Positions 38,052 to 43,242 of a DNA stretch of 43,242 nucleotides are shown here, piece by piece. The DNA is from Acidobacteriota bacterium (GTDB lineage Bacteria; Acidobacteriota; Polarisedimenticolia; JACPZX01; DASXTC01): NCBI GenBank assembly GCA_045402695.1, contig JAWPNA010000094.1, positions 1 through 43,242 on the forward strand, written 5' to 3'. The translations under genes were made by a program, and so were the position numbers. Position 1 is the stretch's first letter, and the number at the start of each line of letters is the position of its first letter. The notes below the pieces were generated by a model. It was not told the origin of the DNA and did not search any database. It was given only the letters and a program-made list of their open reading frames with translations.

Positions 38052-39240
38052 ATCCCGCATCAAGGCGCTCGATCTCCTCGGGGATGATGGCCAGCGCGTC
38101 GGCGCGCGACAGTGACACCATGTCTGCCGAGCCCATCGAGGCGAGCAGCCGGACCGTCACGTGATCCGAACACTCCTCGATCCGCGCCGGCAGATAGGCG
38201 CGCCGGCCCGGCCGCCGCTCGAGCGGCTCCCCCATGCGCGCCTCTATGGTGGCGTCAATCCATTTCGAAGCGCCCGTCATGCGTCGCAGCGCCGGCCGCG
38301 CGAAGATCAGGAAGTCCACGATGGTGGAGACGGGATTGCCTGGAAGCCCGAACACGAGCTTGTCGCCCCGGCGCCCTCCCATCCCGAAGAAGAGCGGCTT
38401 GCCCGGCTGGATCGCCACCCTCTCGAAAACCGCCCGGCACCCCAGGTCCAGCAGCGCTCCGCCGACCAGGTCGTAGTCTCCCATCGAAACTCCCCCGGAG
38501 AGAAGCACGGCGTCGGCTTCCTCCAGCGCCTCACCGATCCGGGCCCGCAGCTCCTCGCGTTTGTCACTCACGATCCCGAACATTTCGGGTTCCCCACCCG
38601 ACTGTCGTGTGAGCACTTCGAGCGCCCGCCCGTTGCTCTCGCGGATCTGGGCGGGACCGGGCTCACAGTCGACGGGCACCAACTCGTCGCCGGTGGGGAG
38701 GATGGCCACCTTCGGCTTCCGCGAGACGGCGACATGAGGGCGGCCGGCCGAGGCAAGCAGCGCGATCTCCACCGGCCCGAGCACCATGCCGCTCTCGAGA
38801 AGCATGGAGCCACGGGCCAGGTCCTCACCTGCCCGCCGTACATGCTCGCCTGGCGTCACAGGCGCGAGCACGCGCACCAGCTCGTCTCCGGCCGGCTCGG
38901 TCTTCTCGATCATCTGCACCGCGTCGGCGCCCACGGGTAGGGCCGCGCCCGTCATGATCTTGCTGGCCTGCCCCGGCCCCACGGCGAGACGGGGCCAGTG
39001 CCCCGCCGGAATTTCCTCGATCACCTCCAGGATCGCCGGTCCTCCCGCCGCGTCGGCGGCGCGCAAGGCGAATCCATCCATCGCGGAGCGCGTGAAGGGA
39101 GGCATGTCGCGGTCGGCCATCACCGTCTCGCGCAGCACACGACCGGCCGCCCTCCCCAACGGCACGGCCTCCGCCGGCAGCGGCCCCAGCCGTTCCACGG
39201 CCTCGAGCACGCGCCGCAGCGCTTCATCTACCGTGATCAT
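38008..39240 (-). CDS. moeA: Molybdopterin molybdotransferase MoeA
   Basis: MITVDEALRRVL..., PPFTRSAMDGFALRA, LLSGGVSMGDYDLV, KPGKPLFFG. ATG 39240 overlaps the prmC TGA (ATGA). Confidence 0.9.
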   Translation of the reverse strand: MITVDEALRRVLEAVERLGPLPAEAVPLGRAAGRVLRETVMADRDMPPFTRSAMDGFALRAADAAGGPAILEVIEEIPAGHWPRLAVGPGQASKIMTGAALPVGADAVQMIEKTEPAGDELVRVLAPVTPGEHVRRAGEDLARGSMLLESGMVLGPVEIALLASAGRPHVAVSRKPKVAILPTGDELVPVDCEPGPAQIRESNGRALEVLTRQSGGEPEMFGIVSDKREELRARIGEALEEADAVLLSGGVSMGDYDLVGGALLDLGCRAVFERVAIQPGKPLFFGMGGRRGDKLVFGLPGNPVSTIVDFLIFARPALRRMTGASKWIDATIEARMGEPLERRPGRRAYLPARIEECSDHVTVRLLASMGSADMVSLSRADALAIIPEEIERLDAGFRVRALPLAQMRMP

Positions 39241-40151
39241 GTTTTTCTCTTCCCCGACCGGCGCGCCCGCACGACCCGCGGGAGGCCAGCGAGGTCGGGC
39301 ACGACGGCCACATCCTGCCACAATCCCGATCCTTCCAGCAGGCGCACGGTCTGAAATGCCCTCTGGGCGGCCACTTCCAGCAGGAGAGATCCACCAGGAT
39401 CCAGGATCCTCTCCGCCTGGGGAACCAGGCGCTCGATCGCCTCAGTCCCGTCGTACCCAGCGTACAGCGCGCCGGCCGGTTCGTGATCCCTCACCTCCGG
39501 CATCAACGAGCCACGCTCCCTCAACCCAACGTAGGGCGGGTTGCTGACCACCATCTGGAACGGAGGGAACCGCTCCTCATGATCGAGAACACCCAGCAGG
39601 AGATCACCCTGCATGAGATAGACGCGGGATTCCACGCGGTGACGCTTGGCGTTGCGTTTCGCGACCTCCAGGGCTTCCGCGGAGATGTCGATCGCCAGCA
39701 CCATGATGTCGCCTCTCTCGCGGGCCAGCGCAATGGCGATGGCCCCCGATCCCGTGCCGACATCCACGACGTTGAGCGGAGTGCCCGGCGGCGGCAGATG
39801 CACCAGCGCTTCGCGCACCAGGACCTCTGTTTCGGGCCTGGGAATCAGGACGGCCGGGGTCACCTCCAGGTCGAGCGACCAGAACTCCTTGCTGCCGAGG
39901 ATGTAGGCGATCGGCTCGCGCAGCGCGCGGCGCTTCACGAGCCCGCGAAAGACGGCGGCCTCGCGCTCCGGCACCACGGCGCCAGGCCGCCCGCCCGCCG
40001 AAAGCCGCGCGGCCCGGCGGGCGCGGTCGATCTGCAAAGCGTGCGCGAGCAGCAGCTCCGCGTCCAGATGAGCGCTCTCGATGCCACAGGCCGCCAGCCG
40101 CACCTCGCCTTTGGCGAGCAGCACGTCCACCGTTGTGACCTCGGGTCTCAT
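39237..40151 (-). CDS. prmC: Release factor glutamine N5-methyltransferase PrmC (HemK)
   Basis: SAM motif VVDVGTGSGAIAI, catalytic VVSNPPYV. It lies directly downstream of prfA with a 1-nt overlap (TGATG). Confidence 0.9.
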   Translation of the reverse strand: MRPEVTTVDVLLAKGEVRLAACGIESAHLDAELLLAHALQIDRARRAARLSAGGRPGAVVPEREAAVFRGLVKRRALREPIAYILGSKEFWSLDLEVTPAVLIPRPETEVLVREALVHLPPPGTPLNVVDVGTGSGAIAIALARERGDIMVLAIDISAEALEVAKRNAKRHRVESRVYLMQGDLLLGVLDHEERFPPFQMVVSNPPYVGLRERGSLMPEVRDHEPAGALYAGYDGTEAIERLVPQAERILDPGGSLLLEVAAQRAFQTVRLLEGSGLWQDVAVVPDLAGLPRVVRARRSGKRKT

Positions 40152-41230
40152 CAGACCCGGATCTCTTCCTTCAGCTTCTCGGCCTGGTAGTGGTTGCTGA
40201 GGGCGTCCAACATCTCGTCCATGTCGCCCTCGAGAAAATCGTGGACCTGGTGCAGCGTCAGCTTGATGCGGTGGTCCGAAACCCGCCCCTGGGGGAAATT
40301 GTAGGTGCGGATCTTCTCGCTCCGATCACCGGTGCCCACCATCCCGCGGCGCGTGGCGGCGCGTTCCTTGTCCTGCTCCTGCCGTTTGAGGTCGTAGAGC
40401 CGGGATCGGAGCACTCTCATCGCCTTGGCGAGGTTCTTGTGCTGGGATTTCTCGTCCTGGCAGGAGACCACCACGCCCGTGGGCATGTGGGTCACGCGCA
40501 CGGCCGAGTAGGTGGTGTTGACCGACTGTCCACCGGGGCCCGACGAGCAGAAACGATCGACGCGGAGATCCTTCTCGTCGATCTTGATCTCCACCTCCTC
40601 GGCCTCGGGCAGCACCGCCACCGTCACCGCCGAGGTATGGATCCGCCCCGCAGCCTCCGTCACCGGCACGCGCTGGACCCGATGTACGCCGCTTTCGTAC
40701 TTGAACCGGCTGTAGGCGCCTTTGCCTTCGATCGCGGCGATGACCTCCTTGATGCCTCGTGTGTCGGAACGGCTCATGTCGAGAAGCTCGACCTTCCATC
40801 CGCGTTTCTCCGCGTAACGGGAGTACATGCGGAACACCTCCGCGGCGAACAAGGCCGCCTCCTCGCCTCCGGTCCCCGCCCTCACCTCCAGGATGACGCT
40901 CTTATCGTCGTTGGGGTCCTTGGGGACCAGGAGCAGTTTGAGGCGTGATGCCTGCTCGGCGGCCGTGGCTTCGAGCCTCGCGACTTCCTCCCGCGCCATG
41001 TTGAGGAGCGACGCGTCGCCCCCGCCGCCGCTCTTGACCATCTCGTTGGCCTCCGCCAGTTCCTTCAAGGTCCTCCTGTAGGATCGGAAGACGGAGATGA
41101 TCTCCTCGAGCTCCGAATAGGCGCGGGCGTGCATGCGGTAGGTGGGAGGATCGGCGAGCACGGACGGGTCGCCGATGAGGCGCGACAACTCCTCGTGCTT
41201 CCTCTCGAGAGCCTCCAGTTTTTCCAGCAC
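40151..41230 (-). CDS. prfA: Peptide chain release factor 1
   Basis: RVPVTE (PxT tripeptide anticodon of RF1), SGPGGQSVNTT. GTG 41230 (MLEKLEAL) lies just after the rpmE stop. The ORF-track start at 41389 runs through rpmE and is rejected. Confidence 0.92.
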   Translation of the reverse strand: MLEKLEALERKHEELSRLIGDPSVLADPPTYRMHARAYSELEEIISVFRSYRRTLKELAEANEMVKSGGGGDASLLNMAREEVARLEATAAEQASRLKLLLVPKDPNDDKSVILEVRAGTGGEEAALFAAEVFRMYSRYAEKRGWKVELLDMSRSDTRGIKEVIAAIEGKGAYSRFKYESGVHRVQRVPVTEAAGRIHTSAVTVAVLPEAEEVEIKIDEKDLRVDRFCSSGPGGQSVNTTYSAVRVTHMPTGVVVSCQDEKSQHKNLAKAMRVLRSRLYDLKRQEQDKERAATRRGMVGTGDRSEKIRTYNFPQGRVSDHRIKLTLHQVHDFLEGDMDEMLDALSNHYQAEKLKEEIRV

Positions 41231-41235
41231 GGCGG

Positions 41236-41451
41236 TTACCTGGCGGAGGCTTCCTTCTTCTTGTACCGGCGGTTGAACTTCTCCACGCGTCCGGCTGTAT
41301 CGATCAGCTTCTGCTTGCCGGTGAAGAAGGGATGGCACTTCGAGCAGATCTCGAGACGCAGTTCCTTGCGGGTTGATCGCGTGACCCACTGCTCGCCGCA
41401 GGCGCAGTGCACTGTGACTTCATGGTATTCGGGGTGGATGCCGCTCTTCAT
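41236..41451 (-). CDS. rpmE: 50S ribosomal protein L31 (Zn-binding type A)
   Basis: [21 protein letters not shown]...[22 protein letters not shown] lies 8 nt upstream of ATG 41451. Confidence 0.93.
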   Translation of the reverse strand: MKSGIHPEYHEVTVHCACGEQWVTRSTRKELRLEICSKCHPFFTGKQKLIDTAGRVEKFNRRYKKKEASAR

Positions 41452-41478
41452 CGCGAACGCCTCCTCGGGAAACCACAC

Positions 41479-41484
41479 ATTATA
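41479..41484 (-). promoter_or_regulatory. Consensus -10 box (TATAAT) upstream of rpmE
   Basis: Perfect TATAAT on the minus strand, 27 nt upstream of the rpmE ATG, in the 48-nt rho-rpmE spacer. The -35 is weak (TGGCCT). Confidence 0.35.
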
Positions 41485-41499
41485 GGAGACGCTGGGGTT

Positions 41500-43179
41500 T
41501 CAGGCCAGCGATTCGCTCATCGACTCCAGGAACTCCTTGTTGTCCTTGGCCTTGCCGATCCGCTCGATGAGCAGCTCCATGGCTTCGGGGGGCGAGAGCT
41601 GGTTGAGCACCTTGCGCAGCACCCAGGTTCTGTCCAGCTCCTTCCTGGAAAGCAGCAGTTCTTCCTTCCTGGTCCCGGATCGCTGGATCTCGATGGAGGG
41701 GAAGACGCGCCGGTCCGCGAGCTTTCGGTCCAGGTGAATCTCCATGTTGCCCGTGCCTTTGAATTCCTCGAAGATCACGTCGTCCATGCGGCTGCCCGTG
41801 TCGATGAGCGCGGTCGCCATGATGGTCAGGCTGCCGCCCTCTTCGATGTTGCGGGCTGCCCCGAAGAAGCGCTTGGGCCGCTGCAGCGCGTTGGCGTCCA
41901 CGCCGCCGGACAGCACCTTGCCCGAGGGCGGGACAATCGTGTTGTAGGCGCGGGCGAGGCGCGTGATGCTGTCCAGCAGAATGACGACATCCTTCCTGTG
42001 CTCCACGAGGCGCTTGGCCTTCTCGATGACCATCTCGGCCACCTGCACATGCCGGGTGGCCGGCTCATCGAATGTGGATGAGATGACTTCTCCCTTCACC
42101 GACCGCTCCATGTCGGTGACCTCCTCCGGCCGTTCGTCGATCAGCAGAACGATCAGGACCACCTCCGGGTGGTTGGTCGTGATGCTGTTGGCGAGAGTCT
42201 GCAGCAGCATTGTCTTGCCGGTGCGAGGGGGCGCGACGATCAAGCCGCGCTGCCCTTTGCCGACCGGCGTGAGAAGGTCCATGATGCGGGCCGAGACATT
42301 TGTTTGATCGGTCTCCAGCCCGAGGCGCTCCAGCGGATAGAGCGGCGTGAGATTGTCGAAGAAGATCTTGTCGCGCGCTGCATCGGGATGCTCGAAGTTG
42401 ACAGCCTCTACCTTGATGAGCGCGAAGTACCGCTCGCCTTCTTTCGGGGGGCGGACCTGGCCCGATATAGTGTCCCCCGTGCGCAGGTCAAACTTGCGGA
42501 TCTGAGACGGCGAGACGTAGATGTCGTCGGGGCCCGGCAGGTAGTTGTACTCGGGCGCCCTGAGGAAGCCGAATCCATCGGGCAGACATTCGAGCACGCC
42601 TTCGGAGAAGATCAGCCCGCTCTTCTCCGTCTGTGCCTGCAGGATGGCGAAGATCACCTCCTGCTTGCGCATGCCCGTCGCGCCGGGCACGTCGAGATCC
42701 TTCGCGATCTGGGTCAGGGTCGCGATGCTCATCTCCTTCAGCTCGGCGATGTTCAGTACGGAGCCAGCCGGCTTGGTCCGGCCGCCGGATGGCGATTCCG
42801 CGCCCACCGACGATCCGGCGATCTGCGCGCTGTTCCCCGGAGTTTCCACCGCCTCTTGGGGCACACCATCCGGCTTCGGCTGCCGGGCCACCGCGGCTCG
42901 CTGGCCGGCGGGGAAGCCCCGTCCGTTGTAGGCGTGCTGGGAATGCTGCGTGACGTGGCCGTGGCGCGGCCCTCCGAAGCCGTCCCCGGTGAGACGGCGC
43001 CCGCCGTTGGGGTGGCCGGCCGCCCCGCCTCGGTGAGCACCCTGGCCGGAGTTGCCGGCGCGTTGCCGGTCTCCTCCCGAATGGCCCCGCGGGCCTCTCT
43101 CCTCGCGAGAATACGGTGCGCCGCCGCCCAGGACGGCTGACTGCCGCGTGTCCTGCGCCGGAGATCCAGGCCGGGTCAC
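41500..43179 (-). CDS. rho: Transcription termination factor Rho with long R/G-rich N-terminal extension (5' end possibly beyond the window)
   Basis: Canonical Rho from [21 protein letters not shown], then the CSD RNA-binding region (GFGFLR), Walker A APPRTGKT, and a C-terminal end typical of Rho. At least 140 aa of G/R/P/Q-rich sequence precedes it. The frame has no stop up to 43242, and the GTG at 43179 is only the first listed start. Confidence 0.9.
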   Translation of the reverse strand: MTRPGSPAQDTRQSAVLGGGAPYSREERGPRGHSGGDRQRAGNSGQGAHRGGAAGHPNGGRRLTGDGFGGPRHGHVTQHSQHAYNGRGFPAGQRAAVARQPKPDGVPQEAVETPGNSAQIAGSSVGAESPSGGRTKPAGSVLNIAELKEMSIATLTQIAKDLDVPGATGMRKQEVIFAILQAQTEKSGLIFSEGVLECLPDGFGFLRAPEYNYLPGPDDIYVSPSQIRKFDLRTGDTISGQVRPPKEGERYFALIKVEAVNFEHPDAARDKIFFDNLTPLYPLERLGLETDQTNVSARIMDLLTPVGKGQRGLIVAPPRTGKTMLLQTLANSITTNHPEVVLIVLLIDERPEEVTDMERSVKGEVISSTFDEPATRHVQVAEMVIEKAKRLVEHRKDVVILLDSITRLARAYNTIVPPSGKVLSGGVDANALQRPKRFFGAARNIEEGGSLTIMATALIDTGSRMDDVIFEEFKGTGNMEIHLDRKLADRRVFPSIEIQRSGTRKEELLLSRKELDRTWVLRKVLNQLSPPEAMELLIERIGKAKDNKEFLESMSESLA

Positions 43180-43242
43180 TTCCCCGGGCCTCCCGTCCTC
43201 GCGTCTTGGGCCCGGCTCCTCAGGAGTGCGAGTCGGTGGTCG

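Overview
High-GC (roughly 65% by eye) bacterial chromosomal segment, densely packed with about 40 CDS, many joined by 1-8 nt start/stop overlaps. The gene content (two sigma-54 NtrC-type activators, one with PrsR-like receiver motifs, a DUF507 pair, selB) suggests Acidobacteriota or a related lineage; that placement is inference only. Most of the window is housekeeping: rho-rpmE-prfA-prmC-moeA, larC-metG-tatD-permease-fpg, a block with an asparaginase-II-family gene, ECF ATPase/T genes, trxA, tlpA, hflX, ddl and an HNH gene, DUF507-DUF507-selB-tatA, pta, two glycosyltransferases, and two-component systems. I found no rRNA, tRNA, CRISPR array, transposase, integrase or recognisable defence system, and I cannot point to a clear-cut novel multi-gene system. 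The items most worth a second look are: (1) a ~283-nt multi-hairpin element with long terminal inverted repeats at 1771-2053 and a second, 5'-truncated copy (~87% identity) at ~6909-7135; (2) a 76-95 aa ORF that looks like a stand-alone histidine-kinase DHp/H-box domain, translationally coupled to the PrsR-like regulator; (3) a low-GC XRE-HTH / TPR gene pair followed by a normal-GC secreted-protein gene, between a sigma factor gene and a rhomboid gene; (4) a TIKI/ChaN-like protein with an uncharacterised C-terminal half at the end of the selB-tatA operon; (5) -10 boxes 6-10 nt upstream of four start codons, suggesting leaderless mRNAs; (6) a Rho with an R/G-rich N-terminal extension of at least 140 aa that is still open at the window edge. 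All functional calls come from motif recognition in the supplied translations. No database search was run.
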